From Woeseiaceae bacterium (GTDB lineage Bacteria; Pseudomonadota; Gammaproteobacteria; Steroidobacterales; Woeseiaceae), in assembly GCA_030066625.1 (NCBI GenBank), contig JASJBG010000005.1, positions 10,731 to 74,730 of the forward strand: a stretch of DNA of 64,000 nucleotides, written 5' to 3'. The notes under the pieces are model-generated. The model was given only the letters and a program-made list of their open reading frames with translations. It had not been told where the DNA came from and did no database searches. This document shows positions 46,866-55,018 of this stretch, one piece after another (the first letter of the stretch is position 1; each line of letters starts with the position of its first letter). The position numbers and the translations under genes are program-made.

Positions 46866-48566
46866 TCAGTAGCCGGAGCCGGTGGTTGTCGACTGGGTCG
46901 TCTGCGGGCTGACCGTGAACCACGCACCGTAGACGCCGTTGACGTCGGTCGTGGTCGGGTCGCCCGAGAAGAAATACAGCGGGTCGCCCTGGTACGTCCA
47001 CTGCCGTGAGCCGTCGGCGCGATCGATGATGTCGAAGTCACCGCTCGGCTTGTCATCAGCACCGGCATACAACGGTGGCCAGGTCACCGCGCAGCCGCCG
47101 TTGCAGTCCGAGTCGTCCGCGCCGTCGCCTTCGGCGTCGTTGCGGTCGTTGTCGAAGCGGTACAGCGTGAAGCCGGTCTTGTCCGACAGCGTGCCTGCCT
47201 GGTCGCCGTTCGCGTCGACATCGTAGATCAGTCCGCGCGCTTCGAAGATGGCGCCGGCCGATGCGTCGGTCACGACCTGCACCGGGGCGATCCTTGCGAG
47301 GTGCCAGACACCGCCGATCTCATCGCCGTTCGCGTCGCCAGGCTGGGTGTCGTTGGCGAAGAAGTACAGCGGCTCCTCATTGACGGCCCACTGGCGGCTA
47401 CCGTCGTCGCGGGTGATCAGCGAGAAAGGTGCGCTCGGCGTCGCTGCCGCATCGGCAAACAGTGGCGGCCACGTCACGGCGCAGCTGCCGTTGCAGTCCG
47501 AGTCGCCACTGCCGTCCGCCTCGGTGTCGTTCGCGTCATTATCGAACACGTACAGGCTGAAGCCCGTGAGTTCCGCGCGCTCGAAGGTCTTCTCGCCGTT
47601 GGTATCCGTACCGGGCGCGGATGTTGCGCCTGTCAGGATCGGCCCCAGCGACGAATCGGCCGTCGTCACCGGCGAAGGACGCGCTACGTACCAGACGTTG
47701 CCGGCGCCTTCGCCATTAGTGTCGCCCGGTGCCAGGTCCGGCGCGTAGAAGTACAGCGGCAGTCCGTTGAGCGCCCACTGCCGGGTGTCGTCGTCGCGCG
47801 TGATGAGCGTGAACGGTCCACCTTCGGTCGCACCCGGATCCGCGTACAGCGGCGGCCACGTCACCGCGCAGCCGCCGTTGCAGTCCGAGTCGCCCGGACC
47901 GTCGCCCTGTGTGTCGTTACGGTCGTTCTCGAAGGTGTACAGCGTCAGGCCGTCGCGATCGGCACGATCGACCGCACGGGCGCCGCTGCCGTCGACATTG
48001 GAAACGCTGCCGCGACCGACGAAGACCGTGCCTTTCGCGCTCGCGTCGACGTCGGCAAGCACCCAGGGATTGGGCCGAGCTACGTACCAGGCGTCGCCCG
48101 AGCCATCGCCGTTGACGTCGCCGGCCGCCGAGTCGCCCGAGAACGTGTACAGCGGCAGTCCCTTGAACGCCCACTGCAGGTTGGTGCCGTCGTCGCGCGT
48201 GATGATCGAGAACTGGCCCGCGGCGACGGAGCTCGCGTCGGCCAACAGCGGCGGCCAGGTATCGGCGCATGCATCGTTGCAGTCCGAGTCGCCGGCTCCG
48301 TCGCCCTGGGTGTCGTCGCGGTCGTTCTCGAAGGTATACAGGCTGAGGCCGTTGGCCTCCTTGGCAAAAACGTCGCCGATGCTCGTCGCCGCGACGGCGC
48401 CGGGCGCCGAGACCTGCGCCGAATTAACGGGCGGAGGCGGCGGGCTTGCAACCGGCGGCGTAGGCGTGGTCGGTGCGATCGCATCGTCGGAGCTGCTGCA
48501 GCCGGCCAGGGCCAGCAGCAGGCCGGCAGCCGACAGGGCGATGCGGCGAATGTGTGTCGTCTTCAT
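46866..48566 (-). CDS. Lipoprotein with four tandem modules of the COG4315 / Yx(FWY)xxD 'secreted repeat' type
   Basis: GAGGA Shine-Dalgarno 9 nt before the ATG at 48566. Lipobox LALAGC and a Pro-rich linker. Then four roughly 130-aa modules: G(L/F)xLY(T/V/R)F(E/D)ND..D...DG..DSDCN..CA.TWPPL...F.(I/L)I.R.DG..QW...G.PLY.F..D..GD.NG. Confidence 0.8.
   Translation of the reverse strand: MKTTHIRRIALSAAGLLLALAGCSSSDDAIAPTTPTPPVASPPPPPVNSAQVSAPGAVAATSIGDVFAKEANGLSLYTFENDRDDTQGDGAGDSDCNDACADTWPPLLADASSVAAGQFSIITRDDGTNLQWAFKGLPLYTFSGDSAAGDVNGDGSGDAWYVARPNPWVLADVDASAKGTVFVGRGSVSNVDGSGARAVDRADRDGLTLYTFENDRNDTQGDGPGDSDCNGGCAVTWPPLYADPGATEGGPFTLITRDDDTRQWALNGLPLYFYAPDLAPGDTNGEGAGNVWYVARPSPVTTADSSLGPILTGATSAPGTDTNGEKTFERAELTGFSLYVFDNDANDTEADGSGDSDCNGSCAVTWPPLFADAAATPSAPFSLITRDDGSRQWAVNEEPLYFFANDTQPGDANGDEIGGVWHLARIAPVQVVTDASAGAIFEARGLIYDVDANGDQAGTLSDKTGFTLYRFDNDRNDAEGDGADDSDCNGGCAVTWPPLYAGADDKPSGDFDIIDRADGSRQWTYQGDPLYFFSGDPTTTDVNGVYGAWFTVSPQTTQSTTTGSGY
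46930..48380. repeat. Intragenic tandem coding repeats, period about 387-399 nt, four copies
   Basis: The landmark TTGCAGTCCGAGTC (reverse complement encodes DSDCN) recurs at 47101, 47491, 47878 and 48277. Confidence 0.85.
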
Positions 48567-48618
48567 GGTGTGTGTCCTCATGGCGGTCAGGGGCCGGCAG
48601 CGTGCCGGGTATGGCCAT

Positions 48619-48649
48619 GAATGCCCTCGAAGGACCAAAACGGTTCAAC
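48619..48649 (-). promoter_or_regulatory. ECF-type promoter-like motif facing the repeat lipoprotein gene
   Basis: Minus strand reads GTTGAACCGTTTTGGTCCTTCGAGGGCATTC. It shares GTTGAACC-nTTTT-N7-T-n-GAGG with the plus-strand copy at 48691. Confidence 0.35.
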
Positions 48650-48690
48650 GGATGCGCCGGAAAATTGTTTCGAAATTTTTCTGTGTCGCG

Positions 48691-48721
48691 GTTGAACCTT
48701 TTTCCGAACTTGAGGTGTTAA
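48691..48721 (+). promoter_or_regulatory. ECF-type promoter-like motif facing the sigma factor operon
   Basis: GTTGAACCTTTTTCCGAACTTGAGGTGTTAA, with a TGAACC -35-like box and 17-nt spacing to TGTTAA. It ends 29 nt before the ATG at 48750. Confidence 0.35.
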
Positions 48722-48749
48722 CCGTGCAACGGGTACTTTGGAATGGACG

Positions 48750-49349
48750 ATGACAGCTCTGGCAGCAGCCGGAACGGATTGCACGGTTCGTATGACGGCA
48801 GCCACATCAGATCTCGACGACCGCTCGCTGATCGAGCGAATCGCTGACGCGCGCGACGCGGGCGCCTTCGAGCGCCTGTATCACGACTACCGACGTCGGC
48901 TCGGGCCATTCATGTACCGGATCGTTCGCGACCCGGCGGCCAACGAGGAAGTATTCAATGACGTCATGCTGACCGTGTGGCGCAAAGCCGAGACCTACAA
49001 CGGCCAATCGAAGGTCTCGACGTGGATCTTCGCGATCGCATACCGGCAGTGCCTGAAGGTGCTGCGCGGCCGCCCGGACACGGTCGGCATCGACGAGGCG
49101 CCGGAAGAGAGCGTCGACGAGCGCGGCACGACGGAACGTCGCGACCTGGTCGGCCAGGCGATCGCACAGCTGTCGCCCGAGCACCGGCTCGTCATCGAGC
49201 TGTCCTACTTCCAGGGCAACACGTACTCGGAAATCGCCGCAATTGCTGATTGTCCCGAGAACACGGTCAAGACACGCATTTTTTATGCGCGGCGACGCCT
49301 GAAAGAGATCATGGCGGCGCTCGGTGAGCGCCCCGCGGTTGAGGATTGA
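48750..49349 (+). CDS. ECF (sigma-70 family group IV) RNA polymerase sigma factor
   Basis: Region 2 ...AFERLYHDYRRRLGPFMYRIV...DVMLTVWRKA. Region 4 ...YFQGNTYSEIAAIADCPENTVKTRIFYARRRL. Start ambiguous (TTG 48738, ATG 48750 or ATG 48792). Confidence 0.9.
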   Translation: MTALAAAGTDCTVRMTAATSDLDDRSLIERIADARDAGAFERLYHDYRRRLGPFMYRIVRDPAANEEVFNDVMLTVWRKAETYNGQSKVSTWIFAIAYRQCLKVLRGRPDTVGIDEAPEESVDERGTTERRDLVGQAIAQLSPEHRLVIELSYFQGNTYSEIAAIADCPENTVKTRIFYARRRLKEIMAALGERPAVED

Positions 49350-49972
49350 TGATGAATAACGTAACGCAGGTAACGGACCTTGCAGAGATCGAAACGGATC
49401 TGGAGGTGGTCGACTACGTAGCCGGGCGACTTGGTGCAAGCGAGTCCGAGGCTTTCGAAGCTCGCATGGCCGGGGATCCCGACCTGAAGGCCCGGGTCGA
49501 CGCGGAGATTGAATTCAGCGCGGCAATCGTCAACTCCGCTGGCAGCGAAGCTCCACGCGCCGGCGCCTTTGATGCCATCGCCCACGAGGTCGATGACCGC
49601 GGTGCCTCTCGCGCGGCCGATTGGCGAACACTGGCGGTCGCCGCGAGCGTTTTGGCTGCCGCCGCTGTACTCGTCTTCTCACAGATCAGGTCGCCAGAGG
49701 CCGAGAAGGACTTCGAGCTGTTATCGAGCGACGGTGCGCAGGTCGTCGTTGAAGCGAACCGCGTCCGGCTGCTGTTCGCCGAGGGACTCACGGCGGACGC
49801 TCGTGAAGCCGTCGCCCTCGAGCTCGGCTTCAGGATCGTCTCGGGCCCCGGCCAGGGTGGTGCGTTTGTCGTCGAGACCGAGTCGGCGTTGCCGCGCGAG
49901 CAACTGCTCGGCTGGCGGGACGATCCGCGCATTGAGCTGGCCGAGCCGATACGCTACGACGTGGATCCGTGA
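49346..49972 (+). CDS. Single-pass anti-sigma factor with propeptide-like periplasmic domain
   Basis: Start overlaps the sigma stop (TGATG). N-terminal anti-sigma helix region (VVDYVAGRLGASESEAFEARMAGDPDL), TM WRTLAVAASVLAAAAVLVF, then a roughly 85-aa C-domain. Confidence 0.7.
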   Translation: MMMNNVTQVTDLAEIETDLEVVDYVAGRLGASESEAFEARMAGDPDLKARVDAEIEFSAAIVNSAGSEAPRAGAFDAIAHEVDDRGASRAADWRTLAVAASVLAAAAVLVFSQIRSPEAEKDFELLSSDGAQVVVEANRVRLLFAEGLTADAREAVALELGFRIVSGPGQGGAFVVETESALPREQLLGWRDDPRIELAEPIRYDVDP

Positions 49973-51192
49973 ACACACACAAATACATTGCTCTGCTGCT
50001 TGTCGGGTTGATCACCCATTGGCCTGCGACGGCACCGGCCGGGGACACGGACGCAGTCGCCGACGAGTGGATCGTCGTCATGACCGACACGCGTTCGAGT
50101 CGGCGCCGTGGCTGGTCATCCGGCGTGGGCTATGCGGGTAGCTACCAGTACGACGAGGATCCGAAGCTCAAGCGCCTGGCCGCGGAGCTCGCCCGGGATT
50201 TCTCGCTCGAAGTCACCAGGCAGTGGCCGGTACGTTCACTCAACGTCCACTGCGTCGTGGTTCGCATCGGTGACGATCTCGATGCGACGCTCGAGGCGCT
50301 TCGCGAGGACTCGCGTGTCGAGTGGGTGCAGCCGCTCAATACCTTCGAAGGCCTCGCGACGCTGGACGGTGGAAACACTTCACCGGTTGACCCGTACCGG
50401 CACCTGCAGAGCTCGCTCGAAATGCTGAACGTGGCCCCCGTGCACAGGGCGCTGAGCGGCGCCGGCGTCCGTATCGCCGTGGTCGACTCCGGCGTCGAGC
50501 CCGATCATCCCGACATCAAGCACGCGCTGGCTGAACAGGTCGACTTCGTCGGCCGCGGTGATCTCTCGGAACGCCACGGCACCGGCATTGCCGGCGTCCT
50601 CGTGGCCGCGAACCACAACGGTGTCGGCATCACGGGGGTTGCCCCCGGCGCGCACCTGCACGCCTATCGCGCTTGCTGGGAACTCAACGGCGGCACACGC
50701 TGCAACAGCCTGACGCTGTCGCAGGCGCTCGACCGGGTCGTCGATGCGAGGCCACACATCGTCAACCTTAGCCTGACCGGACCGAAAGACCCCTTGCTCG
50801 ACAAGCTCGTCGGCCGGATCGTCGGCGCCGGGACTATTGTCGTCGTTGCGCACGACGAAGACGCGGTGGGGGAACGGTTCCCGACGCCGCGGCCGGGCGT
50901 CGTCATCGTCCGCGACGGATCAGGCGTCGCGGAAACCACCGGTGACACACTGTTTGCACCCGGCGGTGCGGTGCTGACGGCCCAGCCGGGTCACTCCTAC
51001 GATTACATGTCCGGTGCGTCGATGGCAGCTGCTCACGTTTCGGGCGTGCTTGCGCTGATGCTCGAGGCCGACCCGGCCGTGAACGCTACCGATACGCTGT
51101 ATGCCCTGACAGAGAGCGTACGTGCCGCGGAAGGTGGCGCCAGCGTGGATGCCTGTGCCGCCGTGAGCGTCGCGAACTTCTCCTGCGATTAA
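49969..51192 (+). CDS. Secreted S8 (subtilisin-like) serine peptidase with N-terminal pro-region
   Basis: GTGA overlap with the anti-sigma stop. Signal peptide. Triad blocks VAVVDSGVEPDHPD, HGTGIAGVL and SGASMAAAHVSGVLAL. Confidence 0.9.
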   Translation: MNTHKYIALLLVGLITHWPATAPAGDTDAVADEWIVVMTDTRSSRRRGWSSGVGYAGSYQYDEDPKLKRLAAELARDFSLEVTRQWPVRSLNVHCVVVRIGDDLDATLEALREDSRVEWVQPLNTFEGLATLDGGNTSPVDPYRHLQSSLEMLNVAPVHRALSGAGVRIAVVDSGVEPDHPDIKHALAEQVDFVGRGDLSERHGTGIAGVLVAANHNGVGITGVAPGAHLHAYRACWELNGGTRCNSLTLSQALDRVVDARPHIVNLSLTGPKDPLLDKLVGRIVGAGTIVVVAHDEDAVGERFPTPRPGVVIVRDGSGVAETTGDTLFAPGGAVLTAQPGHSYDYMSGASMAAAHVSGVLALMLEADPAVNATDTLYALTESVRAAEGGASVDACAAVSVANFSCD

Positions 51193-51881
51193 CGGAACAG
51201 GTAACTCACGCGGGCGGCGACGTTGCTACGGTCCGTTGCGAAGATAAATCCCGAGTCCTCGTCGACCTCGTTGAATGAGATCGAGAAGTCGGCCCGGCCG
51301 ACGCTGTACCCGATGCCGAATTCCCCGTACCCGATAACCTCGTCCCAGATCCCACCGATGTAGCCGGCACCGACGGATACGTGCAGGTACGTACGCTCGC
51401 CGAGCGCAGGTCGCCAGGTCCCGGCCGCAAGGACATGTTCGCCGTCACGGCCGTAGTAGTCGGGAGAGTATGCGAAAGTCAGGGACGCCTCGGCCGAGAG
51501 GTGGTAGTCGGCACGAACCTCGAAGTAGCTCCAGTCGGTTACGTCGATAAACTCGTTGTAGGCGAGGGAGACTTCGATCGCTTTCTCGTCACCCATTTCG
51601 CGAAACCAACCGGCGTAGCCATGCACGTTTCGATTCAATGCAAGGCCGGACGGTGTGCCGTTCGCGTAATAACCACCAAGACCGGCGAACCAGCCCGAGG
51701 CGCTGTCCAGGCTCAGGGCCATGCCTGCCGCGGGTGCGTCGCTCAGCGCCGCGCCACGATGCACGACCTCGGAGAAAACGTGGCCCTCGACGGTGACGTC
51801 TGCTGTGGCAGGGTGCATTACAAATGCTGCGACGAACGCACCAACAAGTCGCCAACCGGTTTTCTGCTCTGAAGCCTGCAT
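51189..51881 (-). CDS. Small outer-membrane beta-barrel protein (TIGR02001/Gcw_chp-like)
   Basis: Start MQASEQKTGWRLVGAFVAAFVMHPATA (signal-like). Alternating Gly/Tyr strands (GGYYANG, AGYIGG, GIGYSVG). C-terminal RVSYLFR. Family call is tentative. Confidence 0.6.
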   Translation of the reverse strand: MQASEQKTGWRLVGAFVAAFVMHPATADVTVEGHVFSEVVHRGAALSDAPAAGMALSLDSASGWFAGLGGYYANGTPSGLALNRNVHGYAGWFREMGDEKAIEVSLAYNEFIDVTDWSYFEVRADYHLSAEASLTFAYSPDYYGRDGEHVLAAGTWRPALGERTYLHVSVGAGYIGGIWDEVIGYGEFGIGYSVGRADFSISFNEVDEDSGFIFATDRSNVAARVSYLFR

Positions 51882-51915
51882 TTGCCCGCAGTATAACGGG
51901 CAGAGTCCAAAGCAC

Positions 51916-52878
51916 TCAGCCCGCGGCCGCGCGCCGCCGAAGCTTGTCTTCGTACATCCTCGCGTCGGCATCGGAGAGCAGGCTCTCGATCGTCGTGTGC
52001 CGCTCGGGGTCGAGCCTCACGCGGCCGACGCTCCAGGCGAGCGTGCCGCAGAACTCGCCGCAGTTGGCTTCCGCGAGCTGCTCGAGACGTTTTAGCGCTG
52101 CTTTCGATTCGCCGTCGGAACCGGCCATGAACACGGCGAACTCGTCGCCGCCGAGCCGCGCGACGACGTCGGCCGATCGGAAACACTTGGTCAGCAGCTC
52201 GGCGAACAGTTTGAGCAGTCGATCGCCCGCTTCGTGGCCGTGCTCATCGTTGACGGCCTTGAAGCCGTCGAGATCGAAGAATGCGATCTCGGCGCTCGTA
52301 TCCGTGCGTCGGCAGAGCGACAGCACGTGACGTGCGAGGTTGTTGAAGCCCCGTCGGTTGGACACGCCCGTGAGTTCGTCGATGGTCGACCGCGCGACCA
52401 TTGCCAGTTCGTCCTCGACCATCGCCGCAAAGTCACGCAGCGTTTCCTGCTCGTCGACCGACAGGCCGCGCGGCTGACTGTCGATCAGGCACAGCGTGCC
52501 GACGCGGTGGTTCATTGGGCCGCGGATCGGGCAGCCGGCGTAAAAGCGGATGTGCGGTTCGCCGGTCACGAGCGGGTTGTCCGCGAAGCGCGGATCGGTG
52601 GCGGCGTCGCCGACAATGAATACGCGATCGTCGAGGATTGCGTGGCCGCAGAACGAGATCTCGCGGCCGGTCTCGCAGGCGTCGAGGCCCTGCCGGGATT
52701 TGAACCACTGGCGGTGCGAGTCGACGAGGCTGATCAGGCAGATGTCGATCCCGAACAGGCGCTGTGCCATGCGGGTGATGCGGTCGAAGCGCTCCTCGGG
52801 TACCGTGTCGAGGATGCGCAGTGAATGCAGGCTCATGAGGCGCGCCGTCTCTTCGAGGGGATGCGGCGGTTTAATCAT
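51916..52878 (-). CDS. GAF domain-containing diguanylate cyclase
   Basis: N-terminal GAF-like region (...FCGHAILDDRVFIVGDAATDPRFADNPLV...), then GGDEF (RLGGDEFAVFM) with an RxxD-like I-site region upstream. Confidence 0.9.
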   Translation of the reverse strand: MIKPPHPLEETARLMSLHSLRILDTVPEERFDRITRMAQRLFGIDICLISLVDSHRQWFKSRQGLDACETGREISFCGHAILDDRVFIVGDAATDPRFADNPLVTGEPHIRFYAGCPIRGPMNHRVGTLCLIDSQPRGLSVDEQETLRDFAAMVEDELAMVARSTIDELTGVSNRRGFNNLARHVLSLCRRTDTSAEIAFFDLDGFKAVNDEHGHEAGDRLLKLFAELLTKCFRSADVVARLGGDEFAVFMAGSDGESKAALKRLEQLAEANCGEFCGTLAWSVGRVRLDPERHTTIESLLSDADARMYEDKLRRRAAAG

Positions 52879-52932
52879 TCGAATCTCCGTTCTCCACAGA
52901 CTGTATCGGCTGGAAAGGGCGGGTCTTTAGCC

Positions 52933-53367
52933 GTGGCGGAGCGCTTCTGGGAGCAGAAGAGCCTGGCCGAGATGTCGAAGGAGGAATGGGAGTCCCTCTG
53001 CGACGGTTGCGGCCTGTGCTGCATGCACAAGGTCGAGGACGAAGACACGGAGGAGGTCTTCTACACTAACCTCGCGTGCAAGCTGCTCGATGTCGAGGCC
53101 TGTCGCTGCACGGACTACGCGAACCGTGCGAAAAAAGTCGCAGATTGCCTGGTCCTGTCGCCGGAGACCGAGGCATTCGACTGGCTGCCCGCGTCCTGCG
53201 CCTATTTCCTGCTCGCGAGCGGCGACCCACTGCCCGACTGGCACCCGCTGATTACGGGCGATCCTGAGTCGGTCCACGACGCCGGCATCTCGGTGCGCGG
53301 CAAGGTCGTCTCCGAGAACGACACGGACGAGTGGACCGCGCTCTGGAAGGTGCGCGACGAGGGCTGA
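52933..53367 (+). CDS. ycgN: UPF0260 family Cys-rich protein YcgN
   Basis: [49 protein letters not shown]...CRCTDY closely parallels E. coli YcgN. GTG at 52933 chosen by N-terminal length comparison; the track start is 52825. Confidence 0.8.
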   Translation: MAERFWEQKSLAEMSKEEWESLCDGCGLCCMHKVEDEDTEEVFYTNLACKLLDVEACRCTDYANRAKKVADCLVLSPETEAFDWLPASCAYFLLASGDPLPDWHPLITGDPESVHDAGISVRGKVVSENDTDEWTALWKVRDEG

Positions 53368-53402
53368 TTCACGGTTACAATGCCGCCGAACAAGGAGGCC
53401 CC

Positions 53403-54074
53403 GTGAGCGACTACCCGACCATCCCGCTGGAGACCTTCCGCGAGTATCCGCTGGAGGAAATGCGAGCGCGCCTGAAGGCGTTCTACGAAGACGTGAATCG
53501 CCGTCGCACCGTGCGCGACTTCTCGGACCGGCCGGTGCCGCGCGACGTCATCGAGACGGCGCTGCGGGCTGCAAGTACGGCGCCGAGCGGCGCAAATATG
53601 CAGCCGTGGCACTTCGCCGTCGTGTCGGGCCCGGAAACCAAGCGGAAAATTCGCGAAGCGGCGGAGGCCGAAGAGCGGGAGTTCTACGGTCACCGCGCGT
53701 CCGAGGAGTGGCTGGCCGCGCTGGCGCCGCTCGGCACTGATGCAGACAAGCCGTTCCTCGAAACGGCGCCGTACCTCATCGCCGTGTTCCTGCAGAAGTT
53801 CAGCGAAGAAGAGGGCGAGAAGGTGAAGCACTATTACCCGGTCGAATCGACCGGACTCGCGACCGGGATACTGATCACGGCCCTGCACCATGCGGGCCTC
53901 GCGACGCTGACGCACACGCCGAGCCCGATGAAATTCCTGAACCAGATTCTCGGCCGGCCGAGCAACGAACGGCCGTTCCTGCTGCTGGTCGTCGGCTACC
54001 CGGCCGAGGACGCGACCGTTCCCGACATCACGCGAAAACCACTCGATGAGTTCACGTCCTTTATTGACGATTAG
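53403..54074 (+). CDS. Nitroreductase-superfamily flavoprotein, iodotyrosine deiodinase (IYD)-like
   Basis: [13 protein letters not shown]...[10 protein letters not shown] (NTR fold), plus an EEREFY...K lid with IYD spacing (see findings). GTG start at 53403. Confidence 0.8.
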   Translation: MSDYPTIPLETFREYPLEEMRARLKAFYEDVNRRRTVRDFSDRPVPRDVIETALRAASTAPSGANMQPWHFAVVSGPETKRKIREAAEAEEREFYGHRASEEWLAALAPLGTDADKPFLETAPYLIAVFLQKFSEEEGEKVKHYYPVESTGLATGILITALHHAGLATLTHTPSPMKFLNQILGRPSNERPFLLLVVGYPAEDATVPDITRKPLDEFTSFIDD

Positions 54075-54417
54075 CCTTTGCCTCACCGGCATCGCGATCG
54101 CGGCGGACGCGCCGCTGCCGGACCCGCTCGAGGCCGGCTGGAAGGGTGAGGCGGTCTGCGAGAAGCTGCACGAGGACGAGCGCCAGCGGGTCCTGCGCTG
54201 CACGTTCCCGCCCGGCGTCGGCCATGAGCGTCATTACCACGCACCCCACTTCGGCTACGTCATCACGGGCGGGCGCATGCGCATCGAATCGGCGGACGGT
54301 GTGCGCGAAGTGGACCTTGCTGACGACCTGACCTGGACTAGCGATGGCGTCGACTGGCACGAGGTGCTCAACATCGGCGACACGACCTCGGTGTACCTGA
54401 TCGTCGAGCCGCGCTAG
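54046..54417 (+). CDS. Secreted cupin-domain protein
   Basis: Signal peptide [29 protein letters not shown]...WHEVLNIGD (cupin motifs 1 and 2). Confidence 0.65.
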   Translation: MSSRPLLTISLCLTGIAIAADAPLPDPLEAGWKGEAVCEKLHEDERQRVLRCTFPPGVGHERHYHAPHFGYVITGGRMRIESADGVREVDLADDLTWTSDGVDWHEVLNIGDTTSVYLIVEPR

Positions 54418-54419
54418 GG

Positions 54420-55013
54420 ATGGGCAGCTGGTCGGAACTGGTCCTGTCGACACGGCCCTTCGTTGCGTACGGTGAGACGGAACACTACCTGCAGGACACG
54501 GTTCTCAGTTACAAGTACGGTATTGCGCCCGCCTGGTTCAGCCTGTTCGATCGCAATGAGCTCGTGATTAACGGCGATCGCAACAGCGAGGACAGCGATT
54601 TTTGCGCTTACCTCGTTACTGACATCAGCAGCGCGCGGAAGCGATACGCAGCACGTCGTGCAAAGTTCGCCGAGGTGCTCGGCGAGCTATGGACGCGCTC
54701 CGCCGATAATTTTGGTGCCTACCTCGACGACTCACGGGCGAGCTTCGCGATTCTCGATATGACCGAGTTCACTGAAATGTACGAGGACTTCAGTGATTTT
54801 ACTGCCATGCTGGACGACAGCTTCCGCGCGTTCGAACTACCGATACTGAGCGGGAAGAAGCACCTGTTCTCACGCAAGCCCAAGCTCACGCCGGAGTGGA
54901 AGGGTCTCGTCGACGTCGCCGACTACTACGCGGGCAGGCCGGGCGGCGACCAGGCCTGGACGGTTTTCGGTGCCGGCCACGACCGTTACTTCGACCCGCC
55001 GGGCGAGCCCTGA
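54420..55013 (+). CDS. Hypothetical cytoplasmic protein (197 aa)
   Basis: Clean ORF with protein-like composition. No motif recognised. Confidence 0.6.
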   Translation: MGSWSELVLSTRPFVAYGETEHYLQDTVLSYKYGIAPAWFSLFDRNELVINGDRNSEDSDFCAYLVTDISSARKRYAARRAKFAEVLGELWTRSADNFGAYLDDSRASFAILDMTEFTEMYEDFSDFTAMLDDSFRAFELPILSGKKHLFSRKPKLTPEWKGLVDVADYYAGRPGGDQAWTVFGAGHDRYFDPPGEP

Positions 55014-55018
55014 GACGC

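Noticed and set aside
46930-48380. Periodic repeats considered as a possible CRISPR or non-coding satellite.
   Set aside because: The period is about 390 nt and in frame, the copies are only about 60-70% identical, and they encode a recognisable protein module. They are intragenic coding repeats, not a CRISPR array.
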